From the NCBI GenBank assembly GCA_963588675.1, contig CAVAIH010000001.1, positions 1 through 41,212 on the forward strand: DNA of 41,212 nt, written 5' to 3'. Source of the stretch: Sphaerochaetaceae bacterium (GTDB lineage: Bacteria; Bacillota; Clostridia; Peptostreptococcales; Anaerovoracaceae). The notes beneath the pieces were generated by a model. That model ran no database searches and was not told where the DNA came from. It saw nothing but the letters and a program-made list of their open reading frames with translations. The position numbers were made by a program, and so were the translations under genes. Each line of letters opens with the position of its first letter. The first letter of the stretch is position 1. Below, in pieces: positions 15,435 to 24,222 of the stretch.

Positions 15435-15540
15435 CTAAAATTCGTCATATTAATTTGCTATGCCAATCGCCTTAAGAATTTGCCCTGCAAATCACTTTAA
15501 TAATTTGCACTGCAATTAGCCTTAAGAATTCGCCTTGCTA
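15427..15540. repeat. 25-bp-period degenerate tandem array (about 5 units, each starting aatt(t/c)gc)
   Basis: aatttgc starts at 15427, 15452, 15477 and 15502, and aattcgc starts at 15527, giving exact 25-nt spacing. gccttaagaatt occurs at 15469 and 15519. The last unit runs into the icd stop codon (15538). Confidence 0.85.
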
Positions 15541-16785
15541 CTTCGCGTCGGCATTGCTAATATTCTCCAATACTAATTTCGCGAAATCCTTACAGCTTGC
15601 ACCACCTGGCATTCCAGTCATTTGGCTTCCGATTTCCGAATCGGCAAGCCTTATCGCATTCTCAAGCACTGCGGCCTTGCCGATAAGCCCGATGTGCCGC
15701 AGTAGCATAACCCCCGCGGTCATAAGGCTTGCCGGATTCGCAAGGTCGGCAATTCCCTCCGCCACCATCCTTGGCGCGCTCCCGTGAATTGCCTCGAACA
15801 GGGCGTAGTCTGCCCCGATGTTCGCACTTCCCGCGGTTCCGACTCCGCCCTGAATTTGTGCTGCCTCATCAGTGATGATATCCCCGTACAGGTTAGGCAG
15901 CACAAAAACCTCAAAGTCTGATCTTATATCCTTATTTACAAGGTTTGCCGCCATGATATCTACGAACCAGCAATCAGTCTGAATCTCAGGATAGTCCTTG
16001 GCAACATCAAGGCAGATCGACTGGAAGTCTCCGTCTGTTTTCTTCATGATGTTAGCCTTTGTGACAATCGATACCCTTTTCTTGCCGTTCGCACGAGCAA
16101 AGTCAAATGCCGCCTTTGCAATTCTTCTCGTTCCGGCATTTGTCGTAACCTTGAAGTCCATTGAAAGAGCATCTCCAAGTCTGACGCCCCTGCTTCCGAG
16201 TGCATATTCTCCTTCTGTATTCTCGCGGAAGAAGGTCCAATCAATACCCTCTTCATCGAGCTTAACAGGTCTTACATTCGCATAGAGGTCGAACTTCTTT
16301 CTGAGGAAGACATTTGCGCTTTCGAGATTCTTGCCTCCCATGGACGCATTAGGCGTAGTGGTAGGTCCCTTGAGAAGAACATCGCAGGCGCTCAACTGCT
16401 CGAGCACATCGGCCGGAACAGTCTCGCCTGTCTCAAGTCTTCTCTCAAGGGTGAAGCCCTCGATATCCTTGAACTCAACTGTACCCTCCGAAAGTTCGTT
16501 TTTCAGGAGTTCTTCAAGTACAGGCTTGACCTCTTTCATTATATATGGGCCGATTCCGTCTCCTGGCGCAAGGCCGATTACAGTCTTTCGGCTCGCCTTG
16601 CCATTTGAGTTAGCACCTTTGCCGTCTGCACCGTTATCGCATGCCTTGCCACCATCAAGCGCGTCGGCCTGCTTGGCCCTTTCTGCGATTCTCTCGTTTC
16701 TCTCGTACTGCTCTCTCAGCATTGCCTCGACATCCGCAAGAGCGTCTTGTATATCTTTTTCTATTTTGTCGCTAAATTTTGCCAT
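15538..16785 (-). CDS. icd: Isocitrate dehydrogenase (isocitrate/isopropylmalate dehydrogenase family) with an N-terminal extension of about 66 aa
   Basis: It carries GDGIGP, RENTEGEY and NLYGDIITDEAAQIQGG motifs. I preferred the ATG at 16785 with the SD AGGGTGA; the ORF track starts at a GTG at 16794. The function is inferred from the family plus the neighbouring aconitase and citrate synthase. Confidence 0.75.
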   Translation of the reverse strand: MAKFSDKIEKDIQDALADVEAMLREQYERNERIAERAKQADALDGGKACDNGADGKGANSNGKASRKTVIGLAPGDGIGPYIMKEVKPVLEELLKNELSEGTVEFKDIEGFTLERRLETGETVPADVLEQLSACDVLLKGPTTTPNASMGGKNLESANVFLRKKFDLYANVRPVKLDEEGIDWTFFRENTEGEYALGSRGVRLGDALSMDFKVTTNAGTRRIAKAAFDFARANGKKRVSIVTKANIMKKTDGDFQSICLDVAKDYPEIQTDCWFVDIMAANLVNKDIRSDFEVFVLPNLYGDIITDEAAQIQGGVGTAGSANIGADYALFEAIHGSAPRMVAEGIADLANPASLMTAGVMLLRHIGLIGKAAVLENAIRLADSEIGSQMTGMPGGASCKDFAKLVLENISNADAK

Positions 16786-16795
16786 CTTCGTCACC

Positions 16796-18739
16796 CTATT
16801 TGCTAGCCGTATACTTCAGGAGTCCACCTGCGAGCAGTATGTCCTTCTGCCTATTTGCAAGCTCCATCACAAGCGGAATCTCGACTGTCTTGCCGTCTGC
16901 CTTGCTTGCCTTGAGAACAACCTTGTCCTTGGACAGTCCGTCATGCAGATTCTCAAGGCTCAGCGTATCTCCCTGCTCGAGCTTGTCGTAATCGTCCGGA
17001 TTCTCGAAGATAAGTGGAAGTATTCCAGCATTTACGAGGTTAGCCGCATGGATTCTCGCGAAGCTCTTTGCGATTACGGCACGAACGCCAAGATACAAAG
17101 GCACCAAAGCCGCATGCTCTCTCGACGAGCCCTGTCCGTAATTCTGACCGCCAACTATGATACTGCTTCCGAGCGCAAGCGCTCTCTCGGAGAAGCTTTC
17201 GTCCACAACAGCGAAGCAGAATTTGGAAAGATGCGGAATATTTGATCTGTATGGAAGCACCTTTGCGCCTGCTGGCATTATATGGTCTGTCGTAATATTG
17301 TCGCCTACCTTGAGAACAAGCTCTGCCGAGATTGCATCTTCGAGAGGCTTTGTCTTTGGGAAAGGCTTGATGTTAGGTCCCTTGAGAATTTCTACGCTGT
17401 CTGCGTCTTTCTCGTCGACTGGAGGTATGATTCCGCTGTCGTTCACGCGGAAGCTCTCTGGCATCTTGATCTCAGCGATTTTCTCGATTCCATCTACGCT
17501 TGATGGGTCTGTAAAATAACCCGTAAGTGCGGATACAGCCGCGGTCTCTGGGCTTACAAGATATACCTGTCCGTCCTTTGTTCCGGAACGGCCGAGGAAG
17601 TTCCTGTTGAATGTTCTGAGGCTCACGCCTGCAGAATTAGGCGAGAAGCCCATTCCGATGCAAGGTCCGCAAGCACATTCGAGCACTCTTGCTCCAGCAT
17701 CTATCAGATCCGTCAGCGCACCGCATTCTGCCATCATCGAGAAAACCTGTCTTGATCCCGGTGAAATAGAAAGGCTCACGCTGTCCGCGATTTTCTTTCC
17801 CTTGAGAATTTCTGCGACCTTGAGCATATCAGCCAAAGACGAATTTGTGCATGAGCCTATGCAGACCTGATCCACCTTGATGTCGCCAAGCTCGCTTACA
17901 GGCTTAACGTTATCAGGGCTGTGAGGGCAAGCCGCAAGAGGCTTAAGCTCGTTCAAATCGATATTTATTTCCTTTGCATATTCGGCGTCGCCGTCACTGC
18001 TCAGCTCTATCCAATCCTCTTCTCTTCCCTCTGCCTTCAGGAAAGCTCTCGTCCTTTCATCAGATGGAAAAATCGATGTTGTTGCGCCAAGCTCGGCTCC
18101 CATGTTCGTAATGGTACAACGCTGAGGTACGTTAAGAGTAGCCACGCCCTCTCCAGCGTATTCTATGATTGCGCCGACTCCTCCTTTAACAGAAAGAAGG
18201 CGAAGCACCTCAAGTATTATATCTTTTGCGCTTGTGCCAGGCTGAAGAGAGCCACTTAGATTAACTCTGATCATTCTTGGCATAGGAATATAATATGCGC
18301 CACCGCCCATTGCAACGGCTACGTCCATACCGCCTGCTCCTATCGCAAGCATTCCAAGGCCTCCGCCGGTCGGAGTATGAGAGTCAGAGCCTATAAGAGT
18401 CTTGCCAGGCTTTCCGAATCTTTCGTAGTGAACCTGGTGGCAAATACCGTTGCCAGGTCTTGAATAGTAAATTCCGTGCTTAGCGCAGACGCTCTGAATA
18501 TATCTGTGGTCGTCGGCATTCTCGAAGCCTGACTGCAGAGTGTTGTGATCGATGTATGCTACGGATTTCTCCGTCTTGACTCTTGGAATTCCCATGGATT
18601 CGAATTCGAGGTATGCCATGGTTCCCGTTGCATCCTGAGTTAGAGTCTGGTCAATGCGAAGGCCTATCTCCTCGCCGACCTTCATTTCACCGCTGAGAAG
18701 ATGTGCCGAAATGATTTTTTCTGCTATTGTCTGTCCCAT
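16796..18739 (-). CDS. acn: Aconitate hydratase
   Basis: About 647 aa. It carries IGSDSHT, CIGSCTN and ACGPCIGMG Fe-S ligand motifs, and a swivel-domain GQNYGQGSSREHAA. I chose the start at 18739 (MGQTIAEKII). The ORF-track start at 18790 overlaps the upstream gene by 47 nt. Confidence 0.88.
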   Translation of the reverse strand: MGQTIAEKIISAHLLSGEMKVGEEIGLRIDQTLTQDATGTMAYLEFESMGIPRVKTEKSVAYIDHNTLQSGFENADDHRYIQSVCAKHGIYYSRPGNGICHQVHYERFGKPGKTLIGSDSHTPTGGGLGMLAIGAGGMDVAVAMGGGAYYIPMPRMIRVNLSGSLQPGTSAKDIILEVLRLLSVKGGVGAIIEYAGEGVATLNVPQRCTITNMGAELGATTSIFPSDERTRAFLKAEGREEDWIELSSDGDAEYAKEINIDLNELKPLAACPHSPDNVKPVSELGDIKVDQVCIGSCTNSSLADMLKVAEILKGKKIADSVSLSISPGSRQVFSMMAECGALTDLIDAGARVLECACGPCIGMGFSPNSAGVSLRTFNRNFLGRSGTKDGQVYLVSPETAAVSALTGYFTDPSSVDGIEKIAEIKMPESFRVNDSGIIPPVDEKDADSVEILKGPNIKPFPKTKPLEDAISAELVLKVGDNITTDHIMPAGAKVLPYRSNIPHLSKFCFAVVDESFSERALALGSSIIVGGQNYGQGSSREHAALVPLYLGVRAVIAKSFARIHAANLVNAGILPLIFENPDDYDKLEQGDTLSLENLHDGLSKDKVVLKASKADGKTVEIPLVMELANRQKDILLAGGLLKYTASK

Positions 18740-18743
18740 TTGT

Positions 18744-20138
18744 CTACCAGTTTCCTTTCTGATGTCCTTCCATAGTGATGAACTCGTCAACCTTACGGCG
18801 CAGTTCTGTTCCGCTGATTGCGCTGACTCTTCCGTTATCGTATTCGTTATCTATCCAGCTCTTAATGTATTTAACTACATCGCTCTTCTTATCTACTGTA
18901 TGTCCTTCCTGGAGGCCGTAGTTGTCGTTAATCCACTTAGCAACACCAGCAGCACCAGAATTCTGGTTGATGGTAACAGAAGGAGCTCTCTTGAGGAATT
19001 TCTTTGTATCGAAAATATTGTAAATTTCCTCGTTCTTGAGAAGGCCGTCTGCGTGAATTCCAGCCTTTGTTACGTTGAAGTTCTCGCCGACGAAAGGTGT
19101 CTGCTCAGGAATCTTGTATCCGATCTTCTTCTCGTAATATCTTGCGAGGTCTGTGATTACGGTCGTATCCATGCCGTCAAGAGTTCCTCTTAGCTGTGCG
19201 TATTCGAAAACCATCGCCTCAAGAGGTACATTTCCCGTTCTCTCGCCGATTCCAAAGAGAGTTGTGCTTACTCCCGAGCATCCGTAAAGCCATGCTGTTG
19301 CGGCATTTGCAACAGCTTTGTAGAAGTCGTTGTGACCATGCCACTCCAGATTTTCGCTTGGCACGCCCGCATAATTCTGCAGGCCGTAAATGATGCCAGG
19401 CACTGATCTTGGAAGAGCAACGCCGTTGTATGGAATGCCGTAGCCGAGCGTGTCGCAGGCACGGATTTTTGCAGGCATACCAGCCTGCTCCGAAAGTTTC
19501 TGAATCTCTGTAACAAATGGCACAACAAAGCCGTAGAAATCCGCTCTTGTAATGTCCTCGAGGTGGCATCTTGGAATAACGCCCGCCTCGAAAGCGTCGC
19601 TTATAACGGACAGGTAATGCTCCATAGCCTGTTTTCTCGTCATGCCAAGCTTAGTGAAGATGTGGTAGTCCGAACAGCTTACAAGTATTCCTGTTTCCTT
19701 AACGCCAATATCGTGAACGAGCTTGAAGTCGTTCTTTGTGGCTCTGATCCATGTCGTAATCTCCGGAAATTCAAGACCGAGATCCTGGCATCTCTTGATT
19801 GCCTCCCTGTCTCTCTCGCTGTATACGAAGAATTCCGTCTGTCTGATGATTCCTTTAGGGCCCGAAAGCTTCGACATCATCTTGAAAATATCTAGAATCT
19901 GCTTAACCGTATAAGGCTCCCTCGATTGCTGTCCGTCTCTGAATGTCGTATCTGTAATCCAGATGTTCTCAGGCATTCCGTAAGGGCTGTTTCTGAAGTT
20001 GAACGAAACCTTAGGGATTTCCGTATATTCGAAAATTCCACGGAAAAGATTAGGGCTCTCTACATCCTGAATCTCGTAGTTGTAGGTGTTCTGCTCTAAT
20101 AAATTTGTCTTGTGGTTAAGTTTAATAATGTCATCCAT
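18744..20138 (-). CDS. Re-face citrate synthase (HMGL-like / homocitrate-isopropylmalate synthase family)
   Basis: It carries the DRE-TIM motif ITDTTFRDGQQ and HGHNDFYKAVANA. The assignment as Re-citrate synthase rests on its position upstream of aconitase and IDH, as in Clostridium kluyveri. The ATG at 20138 follows GAGGTG. Confidence 0.65.
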   Translation of the reverse strand: MDDIIKLNHKTNLLEQNTYNYEIQDVESPNLFRGIFEYTEIPKVSFNFRNSPYGMPENIWITDTTFRDGQQSREPYTVKQILDIFKMMSKLSGPKGIIRQTEFFVYSERDREAIKRCQDLGLEFPEITTWIRATKNDFKLVHDIGVKETGILVSCSDYHIFTKLGMTRKQAMEHYLSVISDAFEAGVIPRCHLEDITRADFYGFVVPFVTEIQKLSEQAGMPAKIRACDTLGYGIPYNGVALPRSVPGIIYGLQNYAGVPSENLEWHGHNDFYKAVANAATAWLYGCSGVSTTLFGIGERTGNVPLEAMVFEYAQLRGTLDGMDTTVITDLARYYEKKIGYKIPEQTPFVGENFNVTKAGIHADGLLKNEEIYNIFDTKKFLKRAPSVTINQNSGAAGVAKWINDNYGLQEGHTVDKKSDVVKYIKSWIDNEYDNGRVSAISGTELRRKVDEFITMEGHQKGNW

Positions 20139-20244
20139 TTGTCTCACCTCATGGCTTGCTGTTTCGAATTAGAAATCAGCGATTTGTAAATGATTTAAGT
20201 GCGAATTTCGAATTCGCTTAATTCTTGTAGAATTGTATACTGGT

Positions 20245-20273
20245 ATTCTAATCCTTTCGCTTTTTACTGTCAA
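20245..20273 (-). promoter_or_regulatory. Promoter of the citrate synthase-aconitase-IDH operon
   Basis: On the minus strand: TTGACA (20273-20268), a 17-nt spacer, then TAGAAT (20250-20245). A leader of about 100 nt follows. Confidence 0.6.
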
Positions 20274-20403
20274 TATTGGCCCGAAAAATTATTTTTCCCT
20301 ATCCCATGGGCTCGCTTCGCAGAAAAATCGCCGAGTCTTGTGTATAAATACAGCTATTTTGTATACAATTTGCTCAATTATGGGGCGGTAACAAAGATTA
20401 GGG

Positions 20404-20448
20404 GCAAAAAGAACGCCCTCTTCAAGGAATAAACCTCGAAGAGGGCGC
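20404..20448 (-). terminator. Rho-independent terminator of the amidase-permease operon
   Basis: The stem cgccctcttc...gaagagggcg spans 20414-20447. On the minus strand it is followed by ttcttttt. Confidence 0.8.
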
Positions 20449-20499
20449 AGTAGCAAAAGATTATAATGCCCAAATTGGCGGGCTTAAGGTGCAGAGTTC

Positions 20500-21846
20500 C
20501 TACATCTCCATATGTTTGAAGCTCTCTGGCACCTCTTTGTAACCGTTCGACTTCACATAGCCGATAATTACGCCAACTACCAGCCAGCTAAAGCCGACAA
20601 TGTAGCATATCTTATCGAAGCCTGTGAAGACGTAACCCAGGATGACAATTCCGATAAGCGGAAGCACCAAGAAGTTCCAGATGCCGTGGGCATCACGACA
20701 CTTCTTTTTACCAAAGAAATAATAGATAACTGCGACATTCAACATGATAAACGAGAAAATCGCACCGAAGTTCACCAGTCGAACCAGCGTGTTGGTTGGA
20801 ACCGTCATGGCGATGACAAGTGAGAAGATTGCCAAGAAGCTGATAGCCTTGTATGGTGTCTGGAACTTTGGATGTACCGCACCCAAGAAGCTTGGCAGTA
20901 CCTTGTCACGGCCCATTGTAAACAAGAGACGCGCAGCAGATGACTGTGCTACCAGTGTGTTGGCAATTCCTGCTGCCAGCAATGTGATGATAACCATGAA
21001 GAACTCGAACCACTTGCCGATGGCGAGCGACGCCGCATCGTAGAAGCCTGTAGCTGCATCGGTATTCTGCCAATCTGGAAGGATTGTGCAAGCAAGGTAT
21101 GTCTCGATGACGAACACGATGCCGACACTGACAAGAGCGATGATGGTAGCTTTGCCGATGTCCTTTTGTGGATTGATGGACTCCTCAGCTAGCGTGCTGA
21201 TGCCGTCAAAGCCCAAGAACGACAGAGCTGCAATCGTGCAGGCGCTTGCGATGAACTGCAGATTAATCTTACCTGGTTGATAGAATGGATCAATCTTGAA
21301 TTCCGCACCGCCACCGCTGATGTACATAATTGCACCGACGATGAAGATAACAACCGCAACCAGCTCGACAAAGAACAGGATAAGGTCGGCCTTCGCGGTA
21401 TATTTGACACCGCTGACGTTGATTGCCACATTTATGATGATGAAGAGCAGAATCCAAATCCAATAAGGGATTCCGAACGTGCCTTCCGCAATTGCGGACA
21501 CCAACTTATACAGTAGAGCTGGTACGAAGATGTAGTCTAACAATATCATCCAACCTGCGATAAAACCGACATGATGGTTGATGCCGTGCTGTACATATGT
21601 ATAGACGGAACCGCCCATAGGAAATTCCATGCTCATTTGACGATAGGAAAGTGCCGTGAAAAGCATGGCAACCGATCCAATCAGGTAAACTAATGGTGTC
21701 ATTCCGCCACTGGCCTGTTCGACCTCGCCGAACACTGCCATCGGTGCAATTAGCGTCATCATGACGATGCCGTAGAACACCAAATCCTTTAACTTAAGCG
21801 AGCGATTCAAAGTGGGCTGCTGAGCCGCTTGATTTTTTTCTTCCAT
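20500..21846 (-). CDS. APC-superfamily amino acid/polyamine permease
   Basis: 448 aa with 12 TM segments. The N-terminal LKLKDLVFYGIVMMTLIAPMAVFG..ALSYRQMSMEFPMGGSVYTYV is typical of APC permeases. It has an SD GGAGGG. Confidence 0.8.
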   Translation of the reverse strand: MEEKNQAAQQPTLNRSLKLKDLVFYGIVMMTLIAPMAVFGEVEQASGGMTPLVYLIGSVAMLFTALSYRQMSMEFPMGGSVYTYVQHGINHHVGFIAGWMILLDYIFVPALLYKLVSAIAEGTFGIPYWIWILLFIIINVAINVSGVKYTAKADLILFFVELVAVVIFIVGAIMYISGGGAEFKIDPFYQPGKINLQFIASACTIAALSFLGFDGISTLAEESINPQKDIGKATIIALVSVGIVFVIETYLACTILPDWQNTDAATGFYDAASLAIGKWFEFFMVIITLLAAGIANTLVAQSSAARLLFTMGRDKVLPSFLGAVHPKFQTPYKAISFLAIFSLVIAMTVPTNTLVRLVNFGAIFSFIMLNVAVIYYFFGKKKCRDAHGIWNFLVLPLIGIVILGYVFTGFDKICYIVGFSWLVVGVIIGYVKSNGYKEVPESFKHMEM

Positions 21847-21867
21847 AATAGAGTCCCTCCTTCCTTC

Positions 21868-22749
21868 TTAGTGAACCAGCGCCTTGCCGGCAATCTTTGG
21901 AACACCCGCGCGGATGCACATGTAGATTGGGCAAGGCAGTGTGAACTGGTTAATCTCGATATCACACTGCAGTGACATATACAAGAACGCATCCGTCTTG
22001 TCCCATTCATAAGCATTCATAATCAGGCGTTGCATCTCTGCGCACGCACACTTCAGCGCTTCTTCGTATTCTGGGCGTGCCACGTTGACATACCATTTCT
22101 CTGGAGTCTCAGTTACAGGGAAATGCAGTTCGAAATTCTTGATAACAGAAACGCGAACAGTAATGTTGCCTGCAATTTCAATGCCGTTGCCACACAATTC
22201 GCAGTCTCCCATTGACGCGTGAATATCGCCCATGCCAAGCAGTCCGCCTGAAACCTGCACTGGGAAGTACATACGGCTACCCTTCTTGATAACCTTGCTG
22301 TCCATGTTGCCACCGTGATCTCCAATCTGTACGCACGCAATCTCCTCGCCTGCTGGTGCTACACCGATAACACCAATCATCGGATCCACTTCCCACTGGA
22401 AGTCGTTAAAAGTTGCAATTCGATTCTCAATCGGAATCACTTTTGTGCGTGGTTCACAATCTTCGACCAGCGGTCCCCCCACCGCACAGCATACGCCCTG
22501 CGGATCAACCTCAACGTCGAGAATATCTACTACCAGCACATCGCCTGGCTCCGCGCCTTCCACGTACAATAGACCAGTTGCAAAATCGGAAGTCTCTTCA
22601 TCTAGGTCAAAAGGGAAATCCGCATCCGTTTTAACCTGTCCAGAGTAGCAGTCCAATGTTCGGAACTGCACCGTCTCGCCATCCTTCGCACGGTAACAAG
22701 GTTCGTGGTCTTTCGAAAAAGTTCTTACAAAATCGTCAATAACTACCAT
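21868..22749 (-). CDS. Acetamidase/formamidase-family amidase
   Basis: 293 aa. ..GDHGGNMD.. and ..GDIHASMGDCELCG.. are characteristic of the FmdA/AmdA family. It has an SD AAGGAGG. Confidence 0.7.
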   Translation of the reverse strand: MVVIDDFVRTFSKDHEPCYRAKDGETVQFRTLDCYSGQVKTDADFPFDLDEETSDFATGLLYVEGAEPGDVLVVDILDVEVDPQGVCCAVGGPLVEDCEPRTKVIPIENRIATFNDFQWEVDPMIGVIGVAPAGEEIACVQIGDHGGNMDSKVIKKGSRMYFPVQVSGGLLGMGDIHASMGDCELCGNGIEIAGNITVRVSVIKNFELHFPVTETPEKWYVNVARPEYEEALKCACAEMQRLIMNAYEWDKTDAFLYMSLQCDIEINQFTLPCPIYMCIRAGVPKIAGKALVH

Positions 22750-22812
22750 AAGTAATTCCTCCTTTTCGTCCTTTCTGTTATATTATTATAGGAGACATGT
22801 CGTCTTGGAAAA

Positions 22813-22843
22813 ATTCTAACCCTCAAGCGAACTAGAGAGTCAA
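22813..22843 (-). promoter_or_regulatory. MerR-type promoter with a 19-bp spacer upstream of the amidase operon
   Basis: On the minus strand: TTGACT (22843-22838), the 19-nt spacer ctctagttcgcttgagggt containing an imperfect dyad (CTCTAG..CTTGAG), then TAGAAT (22818-22813). Confidence 0.55.
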
Positions 22844-22999
22844 TACATAATTCGTGAATTTTAACAAAATGCCCCGTTGTTTTTCGTGAAAAAAGTCAAA
22901 AAGTTCTATTCCACATTAACGGTAACAAGAATATATATATCAATATCGTGAAATGAAAAGGGAAGGCAACAACAGAAGGGCAGAATAGGAGGCCCGCCA

Positions 23000-23947
23000 A
23001 TGAAATCCGAAAAGCTGAAATCGACACAAATCAAATCCACGTCCTCTGGCGACGTCACGGCAATGGTTTTTTCGCAGGATCCGAAGGCGACTGCGCAAGA
23101 ACAGAAGCCTGCAGTGCAAGAGTCCAAGCCAGCGCAACAAATGTACAAAATTGGCGAGTTCTCGAAGTTAACTGGGCTTTCTATTCCGACGCTCCGTTAT
23201 TACGATCAGCTCGGTGTCCTCTCTCCGGAAATCAAGCTACAGAACAACTATCGCCTCTATGCTGGACGTCAACTCTTCGAGACGCAGTTCATCAGTAATA
23301 TGAAATCAGTCGGTCTTTCACTGGAGGATATTCGCTATCTTGTCCAGCACCCAGAGCCAGACGTTATCCTACCGAAGTTAGAGAACCTGCAACGCAAGTT
23401 AGCAGCAGACCTTCGTCAAATACAGAATTTGGAGAAGTATTTTCGAATCGGCGCAGGGCAATCCGAGCAGTCCCTGCCAATACAGAATATCGAGCACAGC
23501 TGCCTTACTGCAACTTATGCAATTTGTACAGAAATTGAAGAGTCTCATGCAGAGGGAATCTTTGGCTACCATGCGCAGGCACTTCAAAAGAAACGTGACG
23601 AGCTCGGCCTTCGACAGCATTCAGGTATGCGGATTGTCCTACAGGAATTTACTGGAAGTGGTAAGGGACAATTGCTGAAAAACCTTCTCATCTGCCCCGT
23701 GCATGCGCCAGAGACGGAAGAGCAGAAAGCTGCCGTGCAGTGGTTTCCCAAAAAGAAGACCATCAGTTGCATCCTGAGAAAAGAAGACGTAGATTACACC
23801 AATGAAATCCAAATGCTACGGGAATACCTGTCTACTGAAGGCTTGACGGCGGCAGACAGTCCAGCTGTCGCCGAAGGGCTCTTGGATCCAGGCGACTTGC
23901 CTGGTCAGACGATGATTCTAGTGCGACTGCATCTGCCAGTGCGGTAG
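23000..23947 (+). CDS. MerR-family transcriptional regulator with a C-terminal effector-binding (GyrI-like) domain
   Basis: YKIGEFSKLTGLSIPTLRYYDQLGVL forms the HTH. The ATG at 23000 has the SD AGGAGG 7 nt upstream, which gives a 47-aa Q/K/S-rich N-terminal extension before the HTH. Confidence 0.8.
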   Translation: MKSEKLKSTQIKSTSSGDVTAMVFSQDPKATAQEQKPAVQESKPAQQMYKIGEFSKLTGLSIPTLRYYDQLGVLSPEIKLQNNYRLYAGRQLFETQFISNMKSVGLSLEDIRYLVQHPEPDVILPKLENLQRKLAADLRQIQNLEKYFRIGAGQSEQSLPIQNIEHSCLTATYAICTEIEESHAEGIFGYHAQALQKKRDELGLRQHSGMRIVLQEFTGSGKGQLLKNLLICPVHAPETEEQKAAVQWFPKKKTISCILRKEDVDYTNEIQMLREYLSTEGLTAADSPAVAEGLLDPGDLPGQTMILVRLHLPVR

Positions 23948-23973
23948 AAATATTAGAACCTATGCAACTAATT

Positions 23974-24018
23974 GAATCACAAAAAAGCAAGCCTCAACGT
24001 GCTTGCTTTCTGTGATTC
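23974..24018. terminator. Long hairpin terminator after merR
   Basis: gaatcacaaaaaagcaagc pairs with gcttgctttctgtgattc around the loop ctcaacgt. The core stem is 23986-23992 pairing with 24001-24007. Confidence 0.65.
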
Positions 24019-24085
24019 TATCTTATGCTCTATTTCTTTCTTCGCAAATTCCCTTAATTTCATTAGACTCATGCGTAAATTACAC

Positions 24086-24119
24086 AATAAAAAACAGGGG
24101 CCTTTCGGCTCCTGTTTTA
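24086..24119. terminator. Terminator at the end of the 9-gene minus-strand operon
   Basis: A 9-bp stem (acaggggcc at 24094-24102 pairing with ggctcctgt at 24107-24115) with loop tttc. On the minus strand it is followed by ttttttatt. Confidence 0.75.
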
Positions 24120-24222
24120 AGATAAGTAATTTCGTTGTTTGCTTCCTTAATCCTCAACAATTTGTTGTGTTTTATTCTAACTTGTTTTCTTAAGCCAAGC
24201 TATATTGGTTGCGATGTTCGAC

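Noticed and set aside
16331-17245. 304-aa plus-strand ORF
   Set aside because: It lies antisense to the icd/aconitase junction. Its translation is S/L/P-rich with no family features and no SD. It is a shadow ORF.
18744-18790. Apparent 47-nt overlap between the citrate synthase and aconitase ORFs
   Set aside because: It is an artefact of extending the aconitase ORF to the most upstream start. The ATG at 18739 (MGQTIAEK..) gives a 4-nt gap and a conserved aconitase N-terminus.
20355-20375. ttgtatacaa palindrome upstream of the citrate-synthase promoter as an operator
   Set aside because: It is a single 10-bp AT-rich palindrome about 90 nt upstream of the -35 box, with no second copy in the window. 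The evidence is insufficient.
22852-22952. Three TCGTGAA words (22852, 22884, 22946) upstream of merR as a regulator-binding array
   Set aside because: It is only a 7-mer, the spacing is irregular (32 and 62 nt), and the flanks are not conserved. This cannot be distinguished from chance without comparative data.
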